Positions 52,690 through 64,000 of a stretch of DNA of 64,000 nt are shown here, in pieces (within the stretch, counting starts at the first letter, position 1; each line of letters opens with the position of its first letter). The position numbers and the translations under genes are program-made. A model generated the notes under the pieces. The model was not told the DNA's origin, did no database searches, and worked only from the letters and a program-made list of their open reading frames with translations. Origin of the DNA: Camelus ferus (lineage: Eukaryota); the NCBI RefSeq assembly GCF_009834535.1, contig NC_045707.1, positions 56,236,001-56,300,000 on the forward strand. Direction: 5' to 3'.

Positions 52690-54765
52690 TATGGGACCCT
52701 ATCAAAACTCCAGTGGCATTTTTCATAGAAAGAGAACAAATAATTCTAAAATTTGTATTAAAACACAAAAGTCCTTGAATAACCAAAACAATTTTGAGAA
52801 AGAGCAAGATTGGAATATCATGCTCCCTGATTTCAAATACTACAGAGCTATGGTAATCAAAACAGTACGGTATTGGTACAAAAACAGACACACAAATCAA
52901 TGGAACAGAACAGAGAGCCCAGAAATGAACCCACACTAATGGGCAATTAATCTACGACAAAGGATGCAAGAATATACTATGGGGAAAAGACAGCCTCTTC
53001 AATAAATGGTGCTGGGCAAACTGGACAGCTACATGCAAAAGAATCAACCTGGACTACCCTCTCATACCGTGCATAAAAATAAATTCAAAATGGATTAAAA
53101 TTTAAATGTAAAACCTGAAACCATAAAAATTCTGGAGGAAAACATAGGAAATTAAGCTCTCTGACATCGGTCTCAGTAATATTTTTTTGGATATGTCTCC
53201 TCAGGCAAAGGAAACAAAAGCAAAAATAAACACATGGGACTACATCAAACTAAAAGGCTTTGCACAGCATAGGAAACTATCAACAAAATGAAAAGATCAC
53301 CTACTGAATGGGAGAAGATATTTGCAAACAATATATCCAATAAAAAGTTAATATCCAAAATTTAGGAAGAACTCATACAATTCAACATCAAACACACACA
53401 CACAACCCCATAAACAACCCAATCAAAAATGGGCAGAGCATCTGAAGAGACATTTTTCCAAAGAGGACATTTTCATGGCCAAAAGATGCTCAACACCACC
53501 AGTCATCAGGGAAATGCAAATCAAGACCACAGTGAGGTATCATCTCACACTGTCAGAGTGGCTATCATCAAAAAGAACACAAATGACAAATATATGGTGA
53601 GGATGTGGAAAAAAGAGAGCCCTTGTGCATTGCTGGTAGGAACATAAATTGATGCAGCCACTATGGAAAACAGAGATCCCTTAAAAAATTAAAAATAGAA
53701 CTACCATATGATCCAGTAATTCCACTCTTCAGTATATGAAGGAACTAAAAACACTAATTCAAAAATATATATGCACTCCTATGTTCACTGCAGCATTATT
53801 TACAAAAACCAAGATATGGAAGCAATCTATGTGCCTTTTGAGAGATAAATGAATAAGAAGATGTGATATGTATATATATATGTAATATATATAATAGAAT
53901 ATTATTCAGCCATAAAAAAGAATGAAACCTTGCCATTTGTGACAATGTGGATGGACCTTGAGAGATTTGTGCTAAGTGAAATAAGTCAGATAGAGAAAGA
54001 CAAACATCATATGATTTTACTTACATGCGGAATCTAAAAAGCAAGACCAATGAACAAACATAACTAAAGAGATACAAATTCATAGACACAGACAACAAAC
54101 AGATGATTGTCAGAGGGGAGGAAAGAAACAGGTGAAGAGACTAAGAGTTACAAAATTCTGATTGCAAAATAAATGAGTTATGGGTATGAAATATACAGTG
54201 TGGGGACTACAGTCAATAACTATGTAATATCTTTGTATCATAACAGATCTAACTAGAGTTACTAGTGTTATCATGGTGATCATCTTGAAATGGATAGAAA
54301 TATGAAATCACTGTGCTGCGAAACAGGAACTAACATAGTGTTGTAAGTGAATTATACTTCAAAAACAAACAAACTCATAGAAAAAGAGATCAGATTTGTG
54401 GTGTCCCTGAGGGGGGGGATTTAGGGAGAGGAAACTGGACGAAGGCAGTCAAAAGGTACAAACTTTTAGTTATAAGATAAATAAGCACTAAGGATATAAT
54501 GTAAAACACTGATAAAAAATAACTAACACTGCTGTATGTTACATATGAAAGTTTTTAAAAGAGTAAGTCTTAAAAGTCTTTATCACAGGGAAAAATACAT
54601 TTTTTCTATTTCTTTAATTTTGTATATATATGAGTTGATGGATGTTCATTAAACTTATTATCCCAATCATTCCATGATGTAAGTCAGATCATTATGCCAT
54701 AAACTGTAAATGTGTACAGTGCTGTATGTCAATTACATTTCAATAAAACTAGAAGGAAAAAAATA
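52690..54765 (+). mobile_element. L1 (ORF2 3' half and long 3' UTR)
   Basis: ORF2 remnant [34 protein letters not shown]; ends ttcaataaaactagaaggaaaaaaa. Confidence 0.9.
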
Positions 54766-54829
54766 AAGCATATGGGAATTTTCTATGTATTTATATATGT
54801 ACTTTATATATATATATATACACACACAC

Positions 54830-55262
54830 AATGAAATACTGTTCAGCCATAAAAAAGAATGAAATTTTTCCACTTGAAACAGCATGGATAGATTTGGAAG
54901 GTATTATGCTTAGTGGATAGGTCAGACAGAGAAAGAGAAAAACTGTATGTTATCACTTATATATGGAATCTAAAAAATAAAACAAATCAATGAATATAAC
55001 AAAAAAGAAATGTATTCAGAGATTTAGAGAACAAGCTAGTGGATACCAGTGGGGAGAGGAAAAGAAAGAGGGATAGTGGTAGGGGATTAAGAATACAAAC
55101 TACTATGTATAAAGCAAATAAGCTATAAGGATATACAGTATAGGAAATATAGCCAATATTTTATAATAATATAAATGGAGTGTCACCTTTAAAAATTGTG
55201 AATCACTACTTTGTACACTTGAAAGATAATATGTAAATCAACTATACCTCAATAAAAAAAAT
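54830..55262 (+). mobile_element. Additional L1 3'-end fragment
   Basis: aatgaaatactgttcagccataaaaaagaatgaaa..actatacctcaataaaaaaa. Confidence 0.85.
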
Positions 55263-55925
55263 CAAACATATGTATAAAAATAAAGCAGTCAATTTAGCTC
55301 ATAGCCATCCGGGGCTGGGGTCGGGGGGGGGATGACTCATGCCTTATGACAAAGACTGGAATAACCGTGCATGTTAAAGAGGGCAATAACAATAAGTATA
55401 CTATTAATACTACTACTAATTATTATGCACAGTAAATAGAAACACGGATTAAAGAACAATGTTCAGATGCAGGTAGTATGGAGGTTTTTTTGTATAAATC
55501 TCTACATTTATATCTACTGGTACAGAATAATCATTGTCAGAAATTATCCTAGAATAAATATTAATCTTAAAATAATAGATTATGTCAGCAAGTAAAATTA
55601 CTGTGAACTTATCCACTGAACATAAAGTAATGTTCTTTATCCAATAATCAAACCTACTTTTAAACACAGACAATTCCTCAGATTTTGAATGGGGACACTA
55701 ACAATTCATTCATAAGTTGTCTGGTTAGAACTTAGAATACATTTTGTATTTTTCCTATAAAATCAATGTTATAAACATGGTTAAGTTCCCATTTCTCTCC
55801 CTCTAGGGCACTTAAAAACACAAATATTGCTTTTATATTACGCATTATGTGCCAGGAATTACGTCCTTTACATTGAGAATGACAACCATCTACATCAATA
55901 TAAAAGAGCTATGAGGTCTAAGAAC

Positions 55926-56378
55926 TGAGACCACCTGTGTTAACATGATTTATTTGTTACACGAAAACTTTGCCCAAAGAAGATAAGACTGTAAACCAAT
56001 AAATAACTTCATTGTTTCAGGAAGTTCCAATATATTAATTTATCTCAGGCAATCTGTTCACCTTGCCAAAGGGTTCTCTTATCAAGCAATAGTTTACTTA
56101 TCAAGACTTGCTTCAAGACCCTCACTTCACTGTAGATACTAACCATAAAGCTTATGTCACAAACTTTTCCAACTCCCAGTCTGTCCTTCATCTTTAAAAA
56201 GTGAACTTAAACTAGAGCCCAGACTTTCAAATCCTATAAATATACTCCACTGACTTCCCCCTTCAGAGACTGTCAGAACTGTCAAGGGGAAGTCCTCTAT
56301 TACTGCAGAGAATTCCAATAAACTTAGTTTTGCTTTATTAACAGGGTGCCTGGAGATATTTTGGGGGAATTCAACAAC
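55926..56378 (+). mobile_element. ERV1 solo LTR (MER34/MER39-like)
   Basis: TATA (cctataaata ~56233), AATAAA ~56317, ends ..ttcaaCA. Confidence 0.5.
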
Positions 56379-58329
56379 ATATATTTATTCCTTTAATCTT
56401 CATAACAACCGTATGAGTTAACTCTGTTCTTACGTTATTTTTACAGTGAGAAAACTGAGGCACACTGAACAGTTAAGTGACAGACAAGGACACAAAACAA
56501 CTCATGTGAATCTAAACTATGGTACTAATACTACTGAGTTCTTCTTCCCCCAAGTCTGTTAATTTGAAGATACCTTACAGAATCCTGCGCCCTGACCCTC
56601 CCAGCCCTGTAGAGTAGTTACAGTACTGACTAGTGTAATTAGTAATTTTACTGACTTCCTCGCTGGACTGTGAACTCTGAGGCAGGGACATATCTCTTGT
56701 TTGTCTCCATAGTGCCAGTGCCTATCTAGCATAATCTCTGACACATGGTAGGCAGTCAATAAATGTTTATAAAATAAATATCAAATAAAACCCTACTTTA
56801 CAAATGAGGTGCTGAGGTATTAAGTGTCTTGCTTTAACTCACCCAGAAAGTAACTGTCAGAAATGGTGCCCCTGCCAATGCACCACATTCTTCAGCTCAA
56901 CTGTAAATGAGTTATCACAGAGCAGTTTTTATGAGATGAGAGTCTACAAACATTGCAATGGGGATTCATCTACCAAAATATTACATTTCTTTGCCTCTTG
57001 CTAAGATGTTATCATCTCAGTGTGATCATACAGGTCATTTCATGTTGATTAGATGCTGGGATCTCACATTTTTCTCTGATTAATAAAAACTGGAAAGCTG
57101 TTAATTGGTAAACGCAATTTCTGACAGTGTTTTAAAACATTCGGAAGTGACTATAAAATAGTCTCCTTGGTTAAAACAGTTGTAATGCACTTCCTTACAT
57201 TAAACAGAGCTTTACACATATAAGGTTCTTTTCTTTCTTTATTATAATGGGAAAAGAATGTTATACAACTATTTGGGCTTCAGAAAAAAACGTGTAAAAT
57301 TTTATATAGAAATTGAAATGATAAAAGGAAAGAAAGTAGGCTGGAAAGGTTTTCTGTTCCTTCTGAGATAGCTACTCATATAGCAAACAATATGAGGAAA
57401 TAAAAGAGAGTAAAATAAGCAACCTAAAGAGACACATCAAACAAATGAAAATGGGTGAACCCTGTTTTCATTCTGAATTGAACAAACTGATATAAAAGAA
57501 ATTTCGAGCCAATCACGGAAATGTGAATGAGGACAAGTAACAGATTATTACGGAAAAAAATCCATAACTTAGAAATATATACTAAAGTATATGAAATATG
57601 TGAAATAACAAACTGCCTGAGACTTGCTTTAGAATTCTCTGGGGAAGATGGGTGTGGTGGCAAGGGTGTGTGTGTGCGCCTGCTTGTGTATGCACAGATG
57701 AAACAACACGGGTAAATGCTGATCATTAGTGAAGTTGGTGATGTGTACGTGGGGATTCATTATATTCTATGCTCCATTTCTGGACAAGTCTGAAAATTTC
57801 AGAATAAAAAGCTTTGTACTAGCTCTTCAAAGCAGCTGATCATTCACTTGTATACTGGCTGCAAACTCAGTATCACAACCTAAAGCAAAGAACTATTCTC
57901 ATCTGTGGATAGACTCTGAAATTTAAGAAAGAGTTACTTTTTCTTCTGGAAGAATTTTACACAGTCTCTGAGCATCAAGGAAGCTTTTTTCCCAGCTGTC
58001 CATCTCTTCCATGTGTATTAGAAACCTCAAGTTTTTTAATAATGAAAGGAACATTTACCACACTGGGCAGAGGCTGGCCTTGTCTTATTCACTCTTGCTT
58101 TTCTTAGACTGGCCTTTTAAAGAACAAAAAGCAATTCCAGTAAGTGCCAACCCATCCTTCATTTTAGTAAGATAAATAGCCTCAAGAATCTTTAAAGTGA
58201 ATATCTCACCTTCAAGGTGCATATTCCTTTAAGGACATGGAATATTTCCTCGCGTTAATTTAGACTAAAAGGCAGTATAAAATATGCTTTATATTAGGCC
58301 CTTTTTATGTCTATCCTGGCTCCTGGGCA

Positions 58330-58779
58330 TTTATTTAAGCGTGAATTTTTCCCTCTGATAACATGGTAAATCCTTCCAAAAGGTGGAAGAAAATGTAAAT
58401 GATCTTCAGACCCAACTGGTTCTACTATACATACACCTATACCTTTTATCTGTTTTTAAGTCAGTAAAACAGTTAGCAAATATCATGGGTCTCAGATATT
58501 GAACAGGAAGCAAGACGCAGATTACCATGGATGTACTAACTTAGGAATGTAGGTCAGTCCTTTTACAATATTTTCATGAGTTCTTATTTCATTAATATAT
58601 GCTTTGACAATGGAAAAATGGATTAAGGCATTCTGTTGTTAGCTGTTATTTTATCGTCTATTTAAAATACTTAGAAATGTTTTTCAAATACTTATGTAAC
58701 ATGGCATTAATGTTTAAAAAAGCAAAATTAGCAATAGGTTCCACAAACAGATACATCTATTACCTTGCTTCAACTGAAA
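58330..58779 (-). other. METTL25: Putative METTL25 3' UTR ending near an AATAAA (58335-58330)
   Basis: AT-rich sequence after the stop codon. The first canonical minus-strand AATAAA I found is at 58330-58335. An earlier variant signal (AATGAA near 58590) is possible. Confidence 0.4.
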
Positions 58780-58872
58780 TCACTGCTGCTTCTTCAGCGC
58801 AATAATAGCATAACACCTGGGAGATTTCACAGGATCAAACAACTTCACAAGCGCAGACCATGCAATATCATC
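58780..58872 (-). CDS. METTL25: METTL25 last coding exon (DDIAWSALVKLFDPVKSPRCYAIIALKKQQ*)
   Basis: Acceptor ...ttatctctttgcAG, then 30 codons and TGA at 58782-58780. Contains the family C-terminal LFDPVKSPRC motif. Confidence 0.93.
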   Translation of the reverse strand, partial: DDIAWSALVKLFDPVKSPRCYAIIALKKQQ

Positions 58873-60375
58873 CTGCAAAGAGATAACTGATTTAAATAGA
58901 CAACTATTTGTTGAGGGTAAAAACGAAAGATGTCAGACCATATACTGGAATACAAAAACCATGTAAAAACACAAATTATATAAAAAAAATTTTTTTCTGT
59001 TGAATAAAATTAACATTTAGAATTTCACCTTTGGGAATTTAAGCTGAAGAAATAAAGACTTACATGGAGAGTGAACCACAAGGCCACTCTTTGCTGCAAC
59101 TGTGAAAAATGGAAAGTGGCTAGTAACAACTGGGTATTACTTAAGTAAATTATTGTATGATGAAATGTTATTCAGCTTCTGTAGTACATTTAATGAGTTG
59201 GAAAAATTCTATATAAAACAAATAAATTAGATGCAACACTGCACCTAATTAAAGTAGAAATAAATGCTCAAACATATACATGCAACATACATACATTAGA
59301 AGCGCTAGAAAACACAACTAATAGCTAATGCTGAAGGGTGAGATTATCATTACTTTTAGTTTTCTTTTTTCATATTCTTCATTCAAATTTTCTAACATAA
59401 ATGTTACTTTTATAATAGTAAAATGCTATTTAAACTATTAAGAAAATTAAAAATTATATGATCTCTATCACTTCATTATCAATCTTTTAATCTTGGTGCA
59501 CACCATTTTGCCTATTTTACTGAGGTCACTGGCAATTGTTTTGAAAAGGGAAATGAGGAGTAAAATAGGCCTGATTCTGTCAACCACCAACTTGGGAACC
59601 AAAACTTTCCAGTGATTTTGAGTTAGTAGCTTAGGAAAGTACATCAGTATCTAAATATTTAAAAATTGCCTTTCTCCACAAAAACACCATTTATTAAAAA
59701 TCCACTTGTTTCAAGTAGCCTGTTGAAAAGAAGCTCCCCATATGATAAAACAGAATTATTAAAATAAAGAGTTTATAGTGGAAACATAAAGCTGAATCCA
59801 CAAATGCACTTTTTTTAAACAGTTCAAAAACTTTATTTTGACCACAGCTTAGAGTAGAATCTGAAAAACTCATTTTCCCCAAAGATAATCAAAAGTCCAA
59901 TTTTTTTGGTCATTCAACATAGATGTAACAAATAAGACTGCAAAAAAAGAAGCAATTTTCATTGATCAGAAAGAAATTTCTATACTGCAGAGTGCATATG
60001 TCCCAAAATTCAAAAGTGAATTAAAAGGTAATTTTTACAAAATAAAATATATGAATGACAACTTTTATGTATGGCCTTATTAATTTTAGCTATACAATAT
60101 GTCACAAATGATGGTTTGAGTTCAGTACCTACTATACAGTAATTACCATACAATTAAAAGAATGTAAACTTTATTATAGCAGCTTTGCTGAAAACATCTG
60201 TTGTACATATGTTTTTGTTTCAAGAGATGGAAAGAATGTTTAAACTTGGAAAATATAATGAGAAAAATTACCTTACTAGTTCTACGTGAAATTAAGTTAT
60301 CCTAGTTATAAGTGGATCCATATTACTGGATCTAATAAAGATATTTGTGATGCATTTAAAATTAACATAATTTAC

Positions 60376-60447
60376 CTGCTCTTTCAGGTAGCAAAGTCGA
60401 TCCAGAAGAATCAATGTCTCTATACAAGGAGCAAGAACAACTTTCAA
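60376..60447 (-). CDS. METTL25: METTL25 penultimate coding exon (LKVVLAPCIETLILLDRLCYLKEQ)
   Basis: 72-bp exon with polypyrimidine acceptor ...ttctttcttttAG and donor GTaaat. It encodes the APCIETLILLDRLCYLKE motif of the METTL25/RRNAD1 family. Confidence 0.93.
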
Positions 60448-61009
60448 CTAAAAGAAAGAATAAAATAGGATGGTGGTACTTCAAAACAAACAAAAATACT
60501 AGCATAACACTTATGTTTAAGAAAATGTACCTACAGAAACTTGAGTAAGGTCAAATCTCCAATACCCAATGTACATCTTCAGAAAATGAATACTTCAGAG
60601 ATCAAAAGTTGTTCTTTAATAGTAATAGGAAACTAATGTCCTTTGAGTGACTTTGGGGTAGACTCCAAAAGCAATCATACATATGTGATAGAAAGCTTTT
60701 AAAGGGGTACTAAGAATGAAATTCATTAAAAGGAATGCTTGTGAATTAACTGAGACCAATATGTGTTCAAAGAACTCTAAAACTTATTTCCGTAAATTTA
60801 TAATAACACTTTAAGAGAAATCTACCATGTGTTCTCTTTATTACATTATTGACACCTAATATAGTTCTGAAATAGGAAATGATCCAAAACGGTTTTTCTA
60901 CATTGAGAGAAAAACAACATAGATTGGTTGGTCCTGTTATAAAATTTAATAGGATCCTATTCAAGTCTAGCAACATATTTAGTTTAATATGTTTAATTCT
61001 GAGATTTAC

Positions 61010-61084
61010 CATATTAAAAGCCTCCAGCTCATTCATTCTAGGCTTATACTTCTCGTAGTAGTCCATTATAGTTTTTTCTGGCAG
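61010..61084 (-). CDS. METTL25: METTL25 antepenultimate coding exon (LPEKTIMDYYEKYKPRMNELEAFNM)
   Basis: 75-bp exon. Minus-strand acceptor ...tgttttatcttaaAG, donor GTaaat. The translation matches my recollection of the C-terminal region of mammalian METTL25 (C12orf26) and splices in frame to the next two exons. Confidence 0.93.
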
Positions 61085-63074
61085 CTTTAAGATAAAACAA
61101 CAATAATAAATAAACTTATTTAACAACAGTGAAAAAATCTTTCTTTATCAAACATACTCTAAAGTAAAATAAACATAATAATTTAAAACAATCTTAGGTG
61201 TCTGAAGAGCTCTAAGGATATTCAGGAAGGAGTCAATATAACTAAATTCTTTCATTTAAATTTTCTGCATCTATATAGATTACTCAGCATATCATAAATA
61301 AAATCACCAATAACATTCTATTAATTTTGTTTGATTTCAACAAGAGGTGATGAAATATTTACTTTTTCACTTGTTTCTTTGTTTGGGGTACATAGTAGGA
61401 GCTCAATAAACATCTTGAGTAAAATTAAAGTTTAAAACAATAAATCTAAAACTATATATCCTAGAGAATAATTCAAAGGCAACAGGAACACAATAAGGAC
61501 ACATAGTCATAGTTAATTTCCTCTAACATCCACTTAAATCCATCAACAAGCACCGCTTTTTTTTTTTTTTTCTCTAAAACACAATACCCATAATACGCTG
61601 AACTCTTGTGGTTAGAAGGCCACTTTCTAGATCACTTACATGATTCTGTTCCCACCAGTTGAGATTTATTCTTACTGAGTTGATCGTATTTGCTCCTCAG
61701 GACATGCTACTTTAGAGAACTATATTCTGCTGGTTTTGTCAGTGATCTATATATAACCCTGGGCAATTTCTCCTGGCATCTTTCTGCATCCCTCGTTTCC
61801 TTCACTGTACTTCATAATACACATGGTTTGAGATTTAACATGCATTCTGATTTTGTCAAAGAAGGAGTTTGTGTTTCTGTTTTTCATTCTATTTGTTGCT
61901 TTAGTGTGACTTTGAAGAAAAAAAGGTGAGAAAGTCATCTTCACTTTCCTATTTGAAAAAATGGAAGTCCTTTTCTTCACTTTGAACCAAAGCTGGATAC
62001 TGTAGACTACTCATTATAGGTACGTTTGATGAAAAGTTAAGGTAGTTTACTCAAATGGTAAAACTATATACAAAGCTGTGTACAAAACCAAAACAAAACA
62101 AATGGCCTTGTTCTTATACCAAAAGTTCAGTGGATAAAATTATATTAATATGTTTCTAAGTGAAAAACTCAGTATTTAAGGTATGATTTCATGCTTTAAT
62201 CAACATTTTCAATCAAATGCTCAACTACCAGTCTCATAAGATTACATGAGAGATTCTATGGAAATTTTATGAAGACACGATCTTACTTAATTTCAACATC
62301 ACTCTGTAACACATATATTCATGGTCTCATTTTATAGATGACATTATTGAGTGTCAAATCCAGTAAAAGCCTAGAAAGGGCAAACACCTGATGAAGGCAT
62401 CAGAACTGAGGTGCTACTGGGGTAGAACATACTTAGGCAATGACAAACAGGCAAAATTACAAACTGAAGTACGCACTGAATAGCAGCTGGGAGTATAAGT
62501 CATGAATTCCATTGCTCCCTGCTGCCCATCTCCTAGACTGCAGAAAAAGGGATTAATATTAGTTACTCTGTGTAATTGGGCCCTAGCTCAGTGGGCTATG
62601 GTTTAGGTTCAGGGAGACACCCAGTTCTAAAGAGAACCTGGGTAAGACACAGTATATGAACAGTCATGTTAAGGTGCTTTAGATTTCATTCCCCCTACTT
62701 TCCTTACAATTGTTTTGACTGATTTTAACTCCAGTATAGCCTATGTGTTAGACAGTATATGTCCTACAACTCAACACATTTCAAATGCTTGACCAACTTC
62801 ATCCTGTCTGCAAGTTTCAAGAGTCACAGTTCAGGGGATAAGCATTTCTTTAACGCTTCAGTGAGATTCATCATTCCTTGAATTTCTTCTGCCTTTATTT
62901 CAAACCTCAATTTTCCAATCTGTTTGAGAAGTGCATTTATTTTATCTGGTGGCAAGTGCAGATTTTTCTCTTTAGTCTTCCTTGTTGGCCTATTTGACGA
63001 CTGCTAGTTCTAGAAAAACGCTGAACAAGCATTCTTCTTGTGCTCAATGTCTGTTATTAAGTTATACAAATATG

Positions 63075-63300
63075 ATAAAAAGGAGCATGGAATCTAGAGT
63101 AAGACAGACTGCACTGGAATCCTCCCTCCCCAATTTCCCAGACTTTGGCTTTAAGAAATCTACTTATTCGACTTCTTTACCTATAAGTTGAGGATAACAG
63201 TACTCATTTCATAAAGTCATCCTTAGTATTCAGTGAGTTAATATAATCAAAAATTTTAGCACAATGTTTGCCACAAAGCAAAGTTAAATAAATATTAGCT
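63075..63300 (+). mobile_element. MIR in METTL25 intron
   Basis: ggaatctagagtaagacagac..ctataagttgaggataacagtac..aataaatattagct. Confidence 0.65.
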
Positions 63301-63309
63301 TTTCTCATA

Positions 63310-63960
63310 TTATTTTTAAAAATAAACATCTCAGAACAGTTTTAGATTTACAGAAATTTTGAAGATAATAGTTTAGATATTCCCTACAGCCAGTTTCTCT
63401 TATAATAGTTATCTGTTATAGTGAATCAATCCTGATATACTAGTATTAGTCAAAGTCTACATTTCATTCAGCTCTCCATAGTTTTTATCCAATGTCCTTT
63501 TTCAGCTCCAGGATCCCATCCAGGATACCACATTGCATTTAGTCCTATTGGTTGTGACAGTTTCTCAGACTTGCCCTGTTGTTGATGGTCTTGGCGGTTT
63601 TGAGGGGTACTGGTCAGGCATTTAGTAGAATGTTCCTTCACTAGTGTTTCCCAGATGTTTTCCTCATCATTAGACTCGGGCTATGGGTTTTGAGAGGAAG
63701 ATTACAAAAGCACAGTGCCATGCTCCTCATGAGATAGGGTTTGTCAGGTTTCTTCACTGTAAATTTCCTCTTTTTCCCCCTTTCCACACTACACGCTTTG
63801 GAAGAAAGTCACGATGTGCAGCCCACACTTGACTGGGGAGTTATACTCCATCATCTTGAGGGTGCAGTATCTAAACAGAATATTTGGAATTCTTTTTCAT
63901 GAAAGATTTGTCTCTTCTCCTCTGTTTATTTATTAAAATTGTCTTTTTATAGATCTATAT
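63310..63960 (-). mobile_element. L1MC-type 3' region in METTL25 intron
   Basis: gttttagatttacagaaa..ccaggatcccatccaggataccacattgcatttagtc is typical of antisense L1MC 3' UTR. Confidence 0.7.
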
Positions 63961-64000
63961 AAGGGGGTCCAGATAAGGAAGGGTGGACCACACTTCGTGG

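Noticed and set aside
60767..61126. 119-aa ORF as a stand-alone gene
   Set aside because: Only 61010-61084 is a METTL25 exon bounded by AG/GT. The rest is open intron sequence.

Overview
Mammalian genomic DNA, most likely camelid (alpaca/llama/camel). The taxon call rests on three tRNA-Ala(AGC)-derived Vic-1-type SINEs. The only protein-coding content is the last three coding exons of METTL25 on the minus strand (61084-61010, 60447-60376, 58872-58780), all with canonical GT-AG splice sites and phase 0. The remaining ~58 kb downstream of METTL25 is repeat-rich and intergenic, with L1 fragments of several ages, ERV/MaLR solo LTRs (some nested), MIR/L2 and hAT MER elements, and microsatellites. 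Nearly all ORFs in the supplied track are L1 ORF2 remnants or chance ORFs. I see no convincing new multi-gene system. The most notable items are: a CpG-rich, probably young 470-bp solo LTR with perfect TSD, three internal duplications and an NRF1 palindrome; a twin-priming L1 5' inversion inside an MLT1 LTR; an L1 with a possible short 3' transduction; a nested LTR cluster; a near-perfect CTCF site; and a few candidate enhancers. Repeat family names come from remembered consensus sequences, not a database search.
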